A stretch of DNA of 64,000 bases, from contig CBDCXL010000002.1 in assembly GCA_965223795.1 (NCBI GenBank), forward strand, positions 2,272,001 through 2,336,000. The letters are read 5' to 3'. This document shows, one piece after another, positions 22,244-32,768 of this stretch. The position numbers were made by a program, and so were the translations under genes. Origin of the DNA: Nitrospinales bacterium (GTDB lineage Bacteria; Nitrospinota; Nitrospinia; Nitrospinales; VA-1). Each line of letters begins with the position of its first letter. Position 1 is the stretch's first letter. Below the pieces are notes generated by a model. That model did not search any database and was not told where the DNA came from. It worked only from the letters and a program-made list of their open reading frames with translations.

Positions 22244-23626
22244 TCAGCGAAGGTGCAGCGCCGTGAAAGCGATGGGCGGCGGCGGTGCGTTGAACGCCTG
22301 TTTCAAGTCGTTTTCCCGGTAGCCCAGACGGCGCAGCGATTTTAAAACCGAGAACACTTCTTTTTCGGTGACATAAGCTACAGTGTCGGGAACACCGTGA
22401 GGGTTCAGGCCCTTCACCGCCTTGGCGATCTGCTTTTTCTGTTTTTTGGGCGTGCCGGGAAGGGCCGGGTACTGCATTTTGCGGTTGTACGGGCTCCGGT
22501 ACGCCCCGTTGAGGGCGGACAGGGTGGCCAGCATGAGCAGGTCGCGGTCCCAGGGCTGCATGCGGGGCACCTCGGGGTGGTGCTGCACGATCTCCACGAG
22601 GCTTTGCACGCGGCTGTTGAGATTGCGGCCGACCAGGGTGTGCTGCGGTTCCTTTTCGACATGGGGGAACCCGGCCGCTTCGCCCACACGGGCGAGCAGC
22701 TCGAAATTGACCATGGACGTGTACTGGCCGCCGTACAGGTTGAAATAGGGCCGGCCTTCCTCGTTCAGCTCCTTCAGCGAAAACATGCCGTAATCGAAGC
22801 CCGTGTAGCCTTGCCCGTCCGGGCGCAGCAGCCGGCGGGCGCGCTCGAGCGTCACGAATGCGCCGGTGTTCACCGGAATGGGGATCTCGTCGCGGATCTC
22901 TTCAAGGTGCGCCTGCAACGTTTGCGCATGCGGCCAGTCGCCGGGATCGACGCGCTGAAAACTGCGTTCCCAGCGGATGTCCGCAAGGAACGGCGGACTC
23001 TGTTTCAGCGCCTCAAGATCCCCTGCGTTGAACATTTCCTTAAAGGAAGTGAAGTCGATGTCGATGTGCGCCGGATCTAGCGTGGGCTGCAGGAATTCTT
23101 CGTAGACGCTGCCTTCGTGTTTGAGCAGGACGCGGGTGGCGAGGTCGTCCCAGATTTCGTTGCTCAAAACTTTATCCAGGCATGCGGACCGGAAGCAGTC
23201 GAGCCGGCCCGCGTCCACGCGCACGGTGGAAAAGCGTCCCGCGTGTTCCTTGAGGAAGGGGTTGTTGCGGGCGCCGCGCAGGATCTCTTCCGAGTAGTCG
23301 CACAGCACGTAATGGGTGTGCGGATACACCGCGCCTTCGCTGTCGATCTGCTTGAGCCGGGTGAGAAAGCAGGCGGCGAGGTTGCCGTTGCCGACGCCCC
23401 ATTCCTGGATGAAGCGGAGTGTCGGGTCCGCGCCTTTGCTGCGGCCTTCGAAATAGGCGTCGGCGAGGGCGTGCGCCAGGCGGTGGTCGCGGCTGACGTA
23501 GGTCTGAAAATGATCGTGGATGGCGGGGCCCAGCGTGCCGTAAAAGATCGCGTTGACGTGAATCTGCCACTGGTCGGCGGGCTTGAAGTCTCCAAGCGGC
23601 AGGCAGGGGTTGGGTTCCGTCCGCAC
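22244..23626 (-). CDS. SAM-dependent methyltransferase (MidA/NDUFAF7-like)
   Basis: EWGVGNGNLA, SNEIWDDL, FDYG, TSMVNF motifs. Confidence 0.75.
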   Translation of the reverse strand: MRTEPNPCLPLGDFKPADQWQIHVNAIFYGTLGPAIHDHFQTYVSRDHRLAHALADAYFEGRSKGADPTLRFIQEWGVGNGNLAACFLTRLKQIDSEGAVYPHTHYVLCDYSEEILRGARNNPFLKEHAGRFSTVRVDAGRLDCFRSACLDKVLSNEIWDDLATRVLLKHEGSVYEEFLQPTLDPAHIDIDFTSFKEMFNAGDLEALKQSPPFLADIRWERSFQRVDPGDWPHAQTLQAHLEEIRDEIPIPVNTGAFVTLERARRLLRPDGQGYTGFDYGMFSLKELNEEGRPYFNLYGGQYTSMVNFELLARVGEAAGFPHVEKEPQHTLVGRNLNSRVQSLVEIVQHHPEVPRMQPWDRDLLMLATLSALNGAYRSPYNRKMQYPALPGTPKKQKKQIAKAVKGLNPHGVPDTVAYVTEKEVFSVLKSLRRLGYRENDLKQAFNAPPPPIAFTALHLR

Positions 23627-23660
23627 AATCAGCGCTCGGCCTTAGCTGGGAAGCCGAGGG

Positions 23661-24797
23661 TCATTTGGGCTCCGCGCCGTCTCCCAGGGTCTCCATACCG
23701 GCGGCGTTGCCTTCCATGCTGCCGCCGTCGGCGTAGCGTCCGCTCTTGGAAACGCCTCCGGGGATGTGGGCGGGGTTTTCGTCTCCGCCGCCGCCTTCCT
23801 CGCCGCCGGAGGTGTTCATTTCGTGCATCAGTTTTTCATAGGAGCGGAAGGCTTCCTGCGATTCTTCGATGCGCCCGGCTTCCTTGTAGCAGTTGTACAG
23901 GTTGAACCAGGCCAGCGCGTCGCTGCGGTTGAGGGTGGTCGCGATCTTGTATTCCTTGATGGCGCTTTCCAGGCGGCCGAGGGTGGCGTAGAGGCTGCCC
24001 AGGTTGGTGTGGGGCAGGTTGTATTCCGGGTCCAGCTCGCTGGCTTTCTTGAACGCGCCCACCGCCTCGTCGGTCATGTTTTTCACGGCGTAGCAGCTGC
24101 CCAGGTTGCAGTAGGCCTGCGGGTCCTTGTCGTCCAGCTCCACCACGCACAGCGCGGCGTTCAGCGCTTCATCGTAATGGCCGCCGTTGTAGTAGGCGGT
24201 GCTGAGCGCGGAACGCAGCTCGCGGTCTTCGGGGCTGAACATCAGCACCTTCTTGAGCACCCGGACTTCCTCGTCGTACTTCTGCTGGATGTCGTAGGCG
24301 GCGGCCAGGTTGGCGTAGGCCATCGTGTCCATCGGGTCGAGCTCGACCACTTTCTGGAAACTGCGGACGGCGTTTTCGAAGAATTCCTTGAGCATGTAGA
24401 CCCCGCCGAGGTTGAAGTGGATCTCCGGGTCGTCGGGGGCGAGCTCGGCGGCGCGGTTCAGTTCGCGGATGGCTTCCTCTTCGTGGTTCGACAGGCTGTA
24501 TGCGGTGCCCAGCAGCTTGCGGGCGCGCACGTTGAGCCGGTCCTTGTTGATCACGTTCTGCAGCTCCGAAATTGCCGCATCGAAATTGCCGCCGTCGATG
24601 TAGTAGGTGGCGAGCTCGTTGAGCTTGTCCAGGTTGTTGGGATCGTTCTTGAGTTCCTTCTTCACCTGGCGGACCGCTTTCATGATCTTGGTTTCCAGCT
24701 TGATCTGCTCCGGATCCCGCACTCCCAGCTCCTCGAAAATCTCGGGAGCGATCTTCATGGTGACCCAGTCGCCGGGTTTATTGCCGCCTTCGCTCAT
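23661..24797 (-). CDS. TPR-repeat protein with Gly/Glu-rich tail
   Basis: About 8 TPR units (NLG..Y..A..F.K..ELDP). Confidence 0.88.
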   Translation of the reverse strand: MSEGGNKPGDWVTMKIAPEIFEELGVRDPEQIKLETKIMKAVRQVKKELKNDPNNLDKLNELATYYIDGGNFDAAISELQNVINKDRLNVRARKLLGTAYSLSNHEEEAIRELNRAAELAPDDPEIHFNLGGVYMLKEFFENAVRSFQKVVELDPMDTMAYANLAAAYDIQQKYDEEVRVLKKVLMFSPEDRELRSALSTAYYNGGHYDEALNAALCVVELDDKDPQAYCNLGSCYAVKNMTDEAVGAFKKASELDPEYNLPHTNLGSLYATLGRLESAIKEYKIATTLNRSDALAWFNLYNCYKEAGRIEESQEAFRSYEKLMHEMNTSGGEEGGGGDENPAHIPGGVSKSGRYADGGSMEGNAAGMETLGDGAEPK

Positions 24798-24842
24798 AAT
24801 GCTCGAACTCCTTGAAATAACGGATTGCGTTTGTGTCTCTGA

Positions 24843-24871
24843 ATTCTAGGGGATCACCCGCGGGGTGTCAA
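24843..24871 (-). promoter_or_regulatory. sigma70 promoter for the TPR-methyltransferase genes
   Basis: TTGACA-N17-TAGAAT on the minus strand. Confidence 0.6.
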
Positions 24872-24950
24872 GCCCGCGCCGGTCGCCATGACAAGCGCCC
24901 GTCGCCGAGCCCGGAACCGTTGATATCGCCTGTTTTAAAAGGCCGTCGCT

Positions 24951-26756
24951 TCAGGTCTGGGCGGTGAGTTCCTCGTCCTTGGCCATGTCGAGGATGGCGT
25001 CCCGGCCGAAGCGGTCGAGGTAGAGCAGGAAATGCTCGCGCGACAGGTAGTTCCAGATCCGGCGCGAGGGGAAGTTTTCCTCGATCACGTCGTTGAAGTT
25101 TTCGAACACCGCCTGCACCTCGTCTTTCGGCATGCCCTCGTCGATCTCGTAGTCGAACATGATGGCCATGTCGCGGTCGGGGTCGTGCACGATGCGGCCG
25201 ATCTTGAATTTTGCGGGATTGTGGTAGATGGCGGAGTCCTTTTCCAGGGTGAAGATCGACTGGCCGACGGAATGGATGATGCCGGTGCCGTTCTCGCTGT
25301 TTTCTACGGTGAAGCGGATGGTGTCCTCGGCCTCTTCGCGCTGCTCGGTGGGGAAGCCGAAGAATAGGTAGAGGTGGTTCCAGATGCCGGCGTTGGAGCT
25401 GTTCTCCAGAACCAGCCGCTCGGTTTTCTGGTCGCAGCCTTTGTCGATGATCTCAAGGATGCGGTCGTTGGCGCTTTCCAGTCCGAAGAACAGCATGATG
25501 AATCCGGCGCGGCGCATCTCCTCGAACAGCTGCGGCGTTTCGACGTTGCCGGATTCGAACTTGAGCATGCCCAGCGCGCGCATGTCCACGCCCTGCTTGA
25601 GAATGGCTTTGGACATGCGGGAAAAGGCGTTGGGCGAGATCGCCTCGTCGGAGAAGGTGAAATAGCGGGTGCCGTGGCGTTTGCCCAAATAGTCCAGATC
25701 TTCCGCGACGCGCTCTTCGTTTTCCTTGCGGTAGTACGAATCGTAAATGAAGCTGTGCGTGCAGAAAGTGCATTTGCCCCAGTAGCAGCCGCGGCTCGCC
25801 ATGTAGGGCAGCACGGGATAGGGCATCAGGTATTTGTCGAGCGGCAGGCCGTCGAAATCGGGCCGCACCAGCATGTCGTAGGGCAGGGACTTGGCCTTGT
25901 CGTTGTGCACCACCCGGCCGTTGTCCAGGTGAATGAGATTGGGCACGCTGTGCAGCGGGCGGTTTTCCTTGAGATGGGCGATGAGCTGGTCCAGCGGGTG
26001 CTCGCCCTCGAACAGAATGATGCTGTGGAAAAATTCCTCGAACAGGATCTGCTTGTCCTGCAAAATGTCCTGATGACGGGCGAACACGCTGCCGCCGATG
26101 ACGATGTGCAGGTGCGGGTGCGCCTTGCGCAGCTCGCGCGCCAGCGTCAGGCCGGGAATGACCTGCCCGACGTGGATGATGGAAATGCCGACGAGGCCGT
26201 AGTCCTGCCAGCCGATCTTCGGCAGCAGGTGGTCGCGGTACACGCCGAGGAACGGGTTGCGCACGGCGTCCCGGGTGGCGGACAGGATGCCGGGCAAATG
26301 TTCCTCGGGGGTGCCCTGCATGAAGAAGCCTTCGAGATCGATGCGGCTCGGAAAATGCGCGTAGGAGACGAGCTTCATGGCGATCTTCAGGGTGGTGTAG
26401 GCTTTCTTGTACAACGGAAACTGGAAAAACAACTCTTCGGTGCGCAGCACGTCCAGCGCCTCGTCCACTTCCGACAGGACCGATTCGAGGTAGCCCGGGT
26501 CCGATAAGATCTGCTTGTAGACGGCTTTGACCTCCTGCTCCTCGGGAGAGTAGGCAGGCTGCGCGAGGCGCGCGCGAATGGTTTCGACGCAATGCTGCAA
26601 ATAATCGCGCGACAGGAACAACTGGTAGGTCTCGATGTTGAAATCGAACTGGTCGACCGGGTGCCCCTTGGATTTCAGATAGGCGGCGAGGGTCGGCAGA
26701 GCGAGGTAGGGCTGGCTCGGATACCATTGCGGTGGAAATACCAGTGCCGACTTCAT
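24951..26756 (-). CDS. B12-binding radical SAM protein
   Basis: VFPPQW..PYLALPTL B12-domain start; SRGCYWGKCTFC; FGLES; FFGFPTE. Confidence 0.88.
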   Translation of the reverse strand: MKSALVFPPQWYPSQPYLALPTLAAYLKSKGHPVDQFDFNIETYQLFLSRDYLQHCVETIRARLAQPAYSPEEQEVKAVYKQILSDPGYLESVLSEVDEALDVLRTEELFFQFPLYKKAYTTLKIAMKLVSYAHFPSRIDLEGFFMQGTPEEHLPGILSATRDAVRNPFLGVYRDHLLPKIGWQDYGLVGISIIHVGQVIPGLTLARELRKAHPHLHIVIGGSVFARHQDILQDKQILFEEFFHSIILFEGEHPLDQLIAHLKENRPLHSVPNLIHLDNGRVVHNDKAKSLPYDMLVRPDFDGLPLDKYLMPYPVLPYMASRGCYWGKCTFCTHSFIYDSYYRKENEERVAEDLDYLGKRHGTRYFTFSDEAISPNAFSRMSKAILKQGVDMRALGMLKFESGNVETPQLFEEMRRAGFIMLFFGLESANDRILEIIDKGCDQKTERLVLENSSNAGIWNHLYLFFGFPTEQREEAEDTIRFTVENSENGTGIIHSVGQSIFTLEKDSAIYHNPAKFKIGRIVHDPDRDMAIMFDYEIDEGMPKDEVQAVFENFNDVIEENFPSRRIWNYLSREHFLLYLDRFGRDAILDMAKDEELTAQT

Positions 26757-26842
26757 GGATTGATCCCTCGGGATGGACGCGGCGAAGGGTTGACTTTTAT
26801 CATCGAATTCGGTCAAATTTTCATAGGACCTTCGATTCGAAC

Positions 26843-26870
26843 AGTATACCGGCGGGGCGGGCGCTGTCAA
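26843..26870 (-). promoter_or_regulatory. sigma70 promoter (leftward member of a divergent pair)
   Basis: TTGACA-N16-TATACT on the minus strand. Confidence 0.6.
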
Positions 26871-26971
26871 TGCGGGCTTGAGTTTGCACGGGGTTTTTCA
26901 AGCGCGCCGTGCGGGCAGAAAAAACCGGTTCCGCCAGCCGAATTCCCCTGTGAAACCGACGGGGGATTGGC

Positions 26972-27000
26972 TTGACACCCCTATGTTTAGGGACTATACT
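26972..27000 (+). promoter_or_regulatory. sigma70 promoter (rightward member of a divergent pair)
   Basis: TTGACA-N17-TATACT. Confidence 0.7.
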
Positions 27001-27076
27001 GACGCACATTCCCAAATAGCTGCAAAATAATGAATTAACAGCATCACATGGCCCGCGACAAACAGGAGGTTTTGCT

Positions 27077-27685
27077 TTGAGCGACCCGAACACAGAAACG
27101 AAAAAAGAAGACGAAAACAAAGAAGCCCCGGATAAGGACGTCGAGGTCGACAGCCTTGCGGATTTGAGCGAGCTTGAAAAGATCAAACTGGAGCTGCAGA
27201 AAGAGAAGGAAAAGGCCGCCCAGGAGCTCGAAGAGGGTGAAGAGGAGGAAGAAGATCTTCGTGAGGTCGACTACCTGCAGAAGCTCATCACCCTGTCTGT
27301 GCAGTTCGATCATCATATCGGCATGTGGCTGATGCCGGCATACATCGACCACGGTCTGAAATACGATCACCGGCTGGCCGAGAGCTACATGTCGCAGCTC
27401 GCGACGATCCAGTCTTTCCTCAGACTGCTGGAGAAGGTGGACGGCGTGACCCGCGAGCTGGTCACCAAGGACTGCATCATCAAGTTGAGAAATTCGCTGC
27501 AAATGGTGCACAAGAATCTGGTGAAGCCGCTGTTCAAGGAAGTCAAGCTGATGAAGAAAAAACCGAAATCGGAAAGCCTGGACAACTTCAAGGAAAACTG
27601 GAACAAACGCCTGGAAGAACTCCAGAAAGCCTGCGATTTCGAGTACCAGATCCTGGATTGCAAGGGGTTTTTGATCAAAGACTGA
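27077..27685 (+). CDS. Hypothetical helical protein with acidic N-terminus
   Basis: AGGAGG RBS before TTG; typical codon usage. Confidence 0.75.
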   Translation: MSDPNTETKKEDENKEAPDKDVEVDSLADLSELEKIKLELQKEKEKAAQELEEGEEEEEDLREVDYLQKLITLSVQFDHHIGMWLMPAYIDHGLKYDHRLAESYMSQLATIQSFLRLLEKVDGVTRELVTKDCIIKLRNSLQMVHKNLVKPLFKEVKLMKKKPKSESLDNFKENWNKRLEELQKACDFEYQILDCKGFLIKD

Positions 27686-27994
27686 TCCTGCATGCCGGCG
27701 CCGCCCCTGCTGCTTAAAATCTGCGGGGCGGGTCCCCATGAGGGTGTGGGCGGACGGGACTGCCCAAAAGAGATCGAAGCCGATGCGCCGAATCCGTTCG
27801 GCACCCGGCGGGAAACCATTTCGAATAGCAGAAGTCCTCACATGAAACCAACCTGCCCCGGATCGGCGGGCCTGCAGACATCCTGCGCCGATTCTGACCG
27901 CGCTGCATCGCTGCCGCCGCGATGCGGAATCCCCGTTTTTTCCATGTCCATAACCCTGAAGAATCTTGAGATTCCGTAACGTGGGAGAGGTGTG

Positions 27995-29008
27995 ATGTCC
28001 GAAGAGACCGCCAACGAGCAGGACGAACCGATCGAAGAAGAAGCCGGGACTGAATCCGTCGCCCTGGAGCCGCGGGCGGAAGAAGCCCTGGAGGAGGTCG
28101 AGAAGGTCGACCACACCCAGCTGTACGTCTGGGTGGCCGACGCCGGCAACGACCGCATCCAGAAGTTCAACGGCAACGGCGAACTGCTGTTTTCCTTCGG
28201 CCGCTCCGGCGGGACGCGGCCGCCCTACAATCCGGGTGAATTCAAGACGCCCAGCGCCGTTGCGGTGGACGTCAACAACAACATCTGGGTGGCCGATACG
28301 GGCTGTCACCGGATCCAGAAATTCGATGCGGACGGCGATTTCATGCTGGAATTCGGCAGCGAAGGCTGGGGGCAGGAGAAGTTCTACTGGCCGCAGGGGA
28401 TCGTCGCCGAACCCACCGGCACGATTCTGGTTGTGGATACCTCCAATCATTGCATCAAGCGTTACGACGACGACGGCGATTTTCTTTTGAGTTTCGGCTA
28501 TGCCGGGGATTTCGACGGCTTCATGAAATTTCCCGTGGGCATCGCGCTGGATAAGGAAGGCAATATTTACGTCGCCGACCGGGACAATCAGAGAATTCAG
28601 ATCTTCAACGAGGACGGGCAGTTCCTGTCCAAGTTCGGCGAATACGGCTTCGAGCAGGGGCGGCTCAATTTTCCGAGCGGCATCGCGGTGCGCCGTGACG
28701 GCACGATCCTGGTGGCGGAGAAGAGCCAGAACCGCCTGCAGCTGTTCTCACGCGAAGGCGAGTCCCTGGGCGTGGTGGGCGAACCGGGCAAGCGCGACGG
28801 CCAGTTCAACTGCCCCACCGCCATTGCGGAAGATCCGTATGGCTACCTGTTCGTCGTGGATACCATCAACCAGCGTATTCAGAAATACGATCCGGACCTG
28901 AATTTCGTTTCCAAGTGGGGCATCATCGGCAAGGAACCGGGGCAGTTTAAGGATCCTTCGGGGATTTACCTTTCCTGGGAACCGGACTGGGCGCCGCAGG
29001 ACGATTGA
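27995..29008 (+). CDS. NHL-repeat six-bladed beta-propeller with acidic N-terminus
   Basis: Repeated P.GIA.D..G.I.VAD..N.RIQ.F. Confidence 0.9.
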   Translation: MSEETANEQDEPIEEEAGTESVALEPRAEEALEEVEKVDHTQLYVWVADAGNDRIQKFNGNGELLFSFGRSGGTRPPYNPGEFKTPSAVAVDVNNNIWVADTGCHRIQKFDADGDFMLEFGSEGWGQEKFYWPQGIVAEPTGTILVVDTSNHCIKRYDDDGDFLLSFGYAGDFDGFMKFPVGIALDKEGNIYVADRDNQRIQIFNEDGQFLSKFGEYGFEQGRLNFPSGIAVRRDGTILVAEKSQNRLQLFSREGESLGVVGEPGKRDGQFNCPTAIAEDPYGYLFVVDTINQRIQKYDPDLNFVSKWGIIGKEPGQFKDPSGIYLSWEPDWAPQDD

Positions 29009-29049
29009 TTTTTATTTCGCAGCTTTTGGGAATTTTTAGAGAATGATTT

Positions 29050-29697
29050 ATGTTTCATGATCGATGGGTTAGAGGTGTTCTTTTAGCCGGGATTCTAGGC
29101 AGCCTCCTGGTGGTTCCGCCTTCGGCTTCGGGGCAGGGCGGGGGTGGTTCGGACCCGATCTTCGACGGCCAGATCCTCTCGCTCACCGAAAAGAAACCGC
29201 CGCTCGAGCCCTCCAACGATCCCCGCTATAAGGACAACGCCGACGGAACGGTGACCGACCTGGAACACGGTTTGATGTGGAAGCAGCGGGATTCCTATCA
29301 GGAACTGAAAAAGTGGATGAACTGGAAGGCGGCCCAGGGCTACATTGCCGAGATGAACGCGGCCCGGTTCGCGGGATACGACGACTGGCGGCTGCCCACG
29401 CGCGACGAGTTGAAGACGCTTTTCGAGAAGGACAAGATCATTCCCTGGAAATACTACTGGACGACGAACGAAGTCCATATGGACCCCATTTTCGGTTACA
29501 CCAGCTGCTGTTTCTGGAGCAGCGAAACCTACAAGGACACCTACGCCTGGACGTTCAATTACATTCGCGGCAAATCCTACCCCAGTCCTGCGGACGGGCC
29601 GGGTCTGTCGCTTTCGGTCATCCGGGCGGTGCGGCCCGCGGTGAAACCGGGTGAGGCGTCGCCGGCGGCCTCCATCGAGCCCCTGCCGAACCCCTGA
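29050..29697 (+). CDS. DUF1566 (Lcl) domain protein, exported
   Basis: Signal peptide; RYKDNADGTVTDLEHGLMW, GYDDWRLPT. Confidence 0.88.
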   Translation: MFHDRWVRGVLLAGILGSLLVVPPSASGQGGGGSDPIFDGQILSLTEKKPPLEPSNDPRYKDNADGTVTDLEHGLMWKQRDSYQELKKWMNWKAAQGYIAEMNAARFAGYDDWRLPTRDELKTLFEKDKIIPWKYYWTTNEVHMDPIFGYTSCCFWSSETYKDTYAWTFNYIRGKSYPSPADGPGLSLSVIRAVRPAVKPGEASPAASIEPLPNP

Positions 29698-29723
29698 TGC
29701 GGCCAGAACATGGGAACCCTGCC

Positions 29724-30539
29724 ATGACAGACGAAACCAAACAGCCCGATCCTTCCGAAGAAAGCGCCGAACAGGAAGCGCAGAACGCAGACGCGGAGCA
29801 GCCGGAATCGCAGGCGGTCGAAGAAGCGGAGCCTGTCGATGCGACGGCGAATTACGGGGAGGAAGAGGAGGTCGAATTCGACCTCGAAGCCCAGGTGATG
29901 GAATTCCGCAACCAGATCGAGGAAGATCCGGAAAACTGCATCCACCATTACAATCTGGGCGAGGCCCTGGTGGAGCTGGGCGAGCAGGAAGAGGCGAAGG
30001 AGGAATTCGATCTGGCGCTGCTCTACGACAAGGAAAAAGAATTCAGCTCGGTGGTGCATTTCTCGCTGGGCAACCTCTACTTTCAGAAGCTGATCTCCGG
30101 CATCCACGGCACGGTGGTGCGCAGCTCGGTGGGGCTGCATTCGGCGCACAAGGCGGGCGACACCATCACTCAGGTACGCGCGGAGGATTACGAAGTCCCC
30201 ATTCAGGAGTTCGAGGCGGCGATCGCGGACCTGGACCATCTGAAGGCGGACGATGAGATCGTGGAGTACGTGAGCAAGAACGCGCCGCAGCAGATCGCCG
30301 ACACGTACTACAAATGGGCTTCAGACCTCATCGACAAATCCCGGCAGATCGAGCATTACGGCGAGGAGGTCAAGGATGTGAAGCTGGCGCTCAAACATAT
30401 GAAAAAAACGCTTGAGATCGATCCCAACCATTCCCAGGCCAACCTGATGATCAAATACGCCAAGAAAATGCTGCTGGAGGGCTGGAAAGTGTACGACGAA
30501 TACGGGTTCGAAGCGAAAAGTATCGAGGGAACCGGATAA
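29724..30539 (+). CDS. TPR protein with acidic N-terminus
   Basis: HYNLGEAL, HFSLGNLY, LEIDPNHSQA. Confidence 0.78.
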   Translation: MTDETKQPDPSEESAEQEAQNADAEQPESQAVEEAEPVDATANYGEEEEVEFDLEAQVMEFRNQIEEDPENCIHHYNLGEALVELGEQEEAKEEFDLALLYDKEKEFSSVVHFSLGNLYFQKLISGIHGTVVRSSVGLHSAHKAGDTITQVRAEDYEVPIQEFEAAIADLDHLKADDEIVEYVSKNAPQQIADTYYKWASDLIDKSRQIEHYGEEVKDVKLALKHMKKTLEIDPNHSQANLMIKYAKKMLLEGWKVYDEYGFEAKSIEGTG

Positions 30540-30576
30540 TTTCGGTATAATCGTTTCTCAATCAAGGAACCGGGTT

Positions 30577-30972
30577 ATGGCGGATATCAAAGAGCTGGTG
30601 CGGGAAAATCTGAGCAGCGACGGGCAGGTTTTGAATCTGAAGGCCAAATTCATCCGCGAAGTGGGTGCTAGGGCGCTGTCTCAGGTGGAAGACCTGAAAG
30701 GGCTGCGGTCGCTGAACCTGTCGCAGAACGGCATCGGCAACGACGGCGTCAAGGCGATCACGGAGTCGCCCATCTTTTCCAATCTCCGGACGTTGAATCT
30801 TTCCTCCAACGAGATCGGCGACGAGGGTGCGTTTCACCTGGCCAATGCGAAATTTCTGAAAAACCTGCGCAGCATTCAGCTCGTGGTGAACGATATTTCG
30901 GAGGAGGGCGAAAAAGCGCTCAGAAACTCGATGGCTCTGGAGAGTCTGACCACGCTCAAGTTTCGCGTCTAG
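30577..30972 (+). CDS. Small leucine-rich-repeat protein
   Basis: LRSLNLSQNGIGNDG, LRTLNLSSNEIGDEG. Confidence 0.85.
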   Translation: MADIKELVRENLSSDGQVLNLKAKFIREVGARALSQVEDLKGLRSLNLSQNGIGNDGVKAITESPIFSNLRTLNLSSNEIGDEGAFHLANAKFLKNLRSIQLVVNDISEEGEKALRNSMALESLTTLKFRV

Positions 30973-31011
30973 GAATCCGCCGACCGCCGGCAGGCCGCCG
31001 ATGAGGATGTC

Positions 31012-31024
31012 TAACTGATTGATT
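31012..31024. promoter_or_regulatory. IHF consensus site
   Basis: TAACTGATTGATT is the reverse complement of WATCAANNNNTTR. Confidence 0.45.
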
Positions 31025-31273
31025 TTTAATTGAGTTTCGGCGTGCAGATGGGGCGGGAATTTAAATCTTGACTTATCTGGAGCCGTTTGATATTTTCTGA
31101 CAACCCTAGAAAAGCACGCTACGCTTGGGGGTCAATACGCCAGAAAAATCGGATGGTACGTAACTTCTTTTAGAATATAGAGTCTAGAAATACCGATGGG
31201 AGGTGGTATTCAAATTATCGGATCGCCACATCAATTTTTCCATTTTTCATTCCGCTTTTGAAAGGGGGAGCTA

Positions 31274-31777
31274 ATGAGAAGGACGGCAGTCAGCATCATC
31301 ACAATTTTTGCTTTTTTCGCTCTGGTCGCCGTGGCCAGCGCAAATGTCACCACCGTCAAGCCGGGTGGCAAGGCAGTCTGTGAAAACGCATCCTGGATCG
31401 TCTACAACATCAGCGAAACGGATGACACCAAAATCGAATTCGACATTGGGCCTTACGCGTATGCGTGGGAAAAAGTTTTCAAGGCAACCCTTCCTCCGGG
31501 TGGCTACGAGACCAATGCTTTGGCCAAAAAGTCCATCATTTCCAATAAAGGCCCCGGCGATATTTCCGTGAACTGCCAGCGGCAGCGCTTCGACCGGCAT
31601 GACTGGAAAATCGACGCTGGTTCCGGAACCACCTATCAGAGCAACTACCACCTTGACCACGTCAAGCCCGACACCTACATCGAGCCTGGCATGGGTCAGC
31701 CGAAAGGCACGGAACGCGGTCTGTTCAGTCAGCGCGGTTCCGGTTCCGGTGGCGGTGCTCCTGAAACCAACCGTTAA
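31274..31777 (+). CDS. Exported hypothetical protein
   Basis: GGGGAG RBS, signal peptide, own terminator. Confidence 0.8.
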   Translation: MRRTAVSIITIFAFFALVAVASANVTTVKPGGKAVCENASWIVYNISETDDTKIEFDIGPYAYAWEKVFKATLPPGGYETNALAKKSIISNKGPGDISVNCQRQRFDRHDWKIDAGSGTTYQSNYHLDHVKPDTYIEPGMGQPKGTERGLFSQRGSGSGGGAPETNR

Positions 31778-31814
31778 TCGGATGGGCCTTTAGGGCATTT
31801 TCATCAGAGTTTCG

Positions 31815-31850
31815 AGCTGGAAGGCCGAAAGGCCTTCCAGCTTTTTTTTT
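31815..31850 (+). terminator. Rho-independent terminator
   Basis: AGCTGGAAGGCC-GAAA-GGCCTTCCAGCT followed by a T tract. Confidence 0.9.
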
Positions 31851-31914
31851 GATCTTTTCCGCTTTGAATTTAAAATAGACTGTTGCATCGATCGATTGTG
31901 TTCAAGAGGACGGT

Positions 31915-32409
31915 ATGGACGACACGCGTTTTGTGGACAACGGCGACGGCACGGTGACCGACACCCTGACCCATCTCATGTGGATGAAGGACGACGCCTA
32001 CCTGGATATCAAAAAGTTTTTCAACCACCCTCAGGCTGTGCGCTACAAGGATAAAAAAAACGCCGAAGCCTTCGCGGGCTACACCGACTGGCGGCTGCCG
32101 CACAAGAAGGAAGCGCACTCTCTGTTCGATAAGCTGAAAAACCTGAAAGACAAATATGATATGGACATCCACATCGACCCGGTGTTTTCGCCCGGGTGCG
32201 GGTACTCCACGTGGACCAGCAACACGCGCGGGAAGATCACGGCGTATGTGTATTCCTTCAACAGCGGCTCGGGCGGTCACAAGGAAGCCGACGACATCCT
32301 CGACACCAGCGTCCGTCTGGTGCGGGGAAAATTCGACACGTCCCGGATCAAGCTCGACAAGATTCCGGAAGTCCGGGACCGGATCACCCAGGGGGGCGGC
32401 TGGCGCTGA
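31915..32409 (+). CDS. DUF1566 (Lcl) domain protein
   Basis: [39 protein letters not shown]. Confidence 0.9.
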   Translation: MDDTRFVDNGDGTVTDTLTHLMWMKDDAYLDIKKFFNHPQAVRYKDKKNAEAFAGYTDWRLPHKKEAHSLFDKLKNLKDKYDMDIHIDPVFSPGCGYSTWTSNTRGKITAYVYSFNSGSGGHKEADDILDTSVRLVRGKFDTSRIKLDKIPEVRDRITQGGGWR

Positions 32410-32768
32410 CGTCCCATTGCGGAGTGGTGGTGGAAGTTGCGGTATTCACTGTTTTGAGGACTGCGTTTTTTGTTTTTCCCTTCTCCGAATTCTCATTGTG
32501 CTTCAGACAGTTTCCGGACAAGAACCGGAGAGGGGAAACCCCTTCAAATTCCCGGCTTTCCACAGACTGGATTGGGCTTGAAAATTAATGAGGCGGGTGT
32601 TATTTTATTGAATTAAAATCCCTTGAGTGTTTGTTGCGCTTTCCTTTCGATGCAGTCTGTTGTGCATTTCCACTTGGCTCATGTACGGGATCATCTCAAC
32701 GTTTTCCGGCGATCGACAGGGGGAAGGCCCAAAAGGCTGCGCGTGTTTCTCTTTTCACGAGGTGTCTT

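Noticed and set aside
27692..27979. 95-aa ORF or possible precursor peptide
   Set aside because: No RBS, atypical codons, no leader/core pattern
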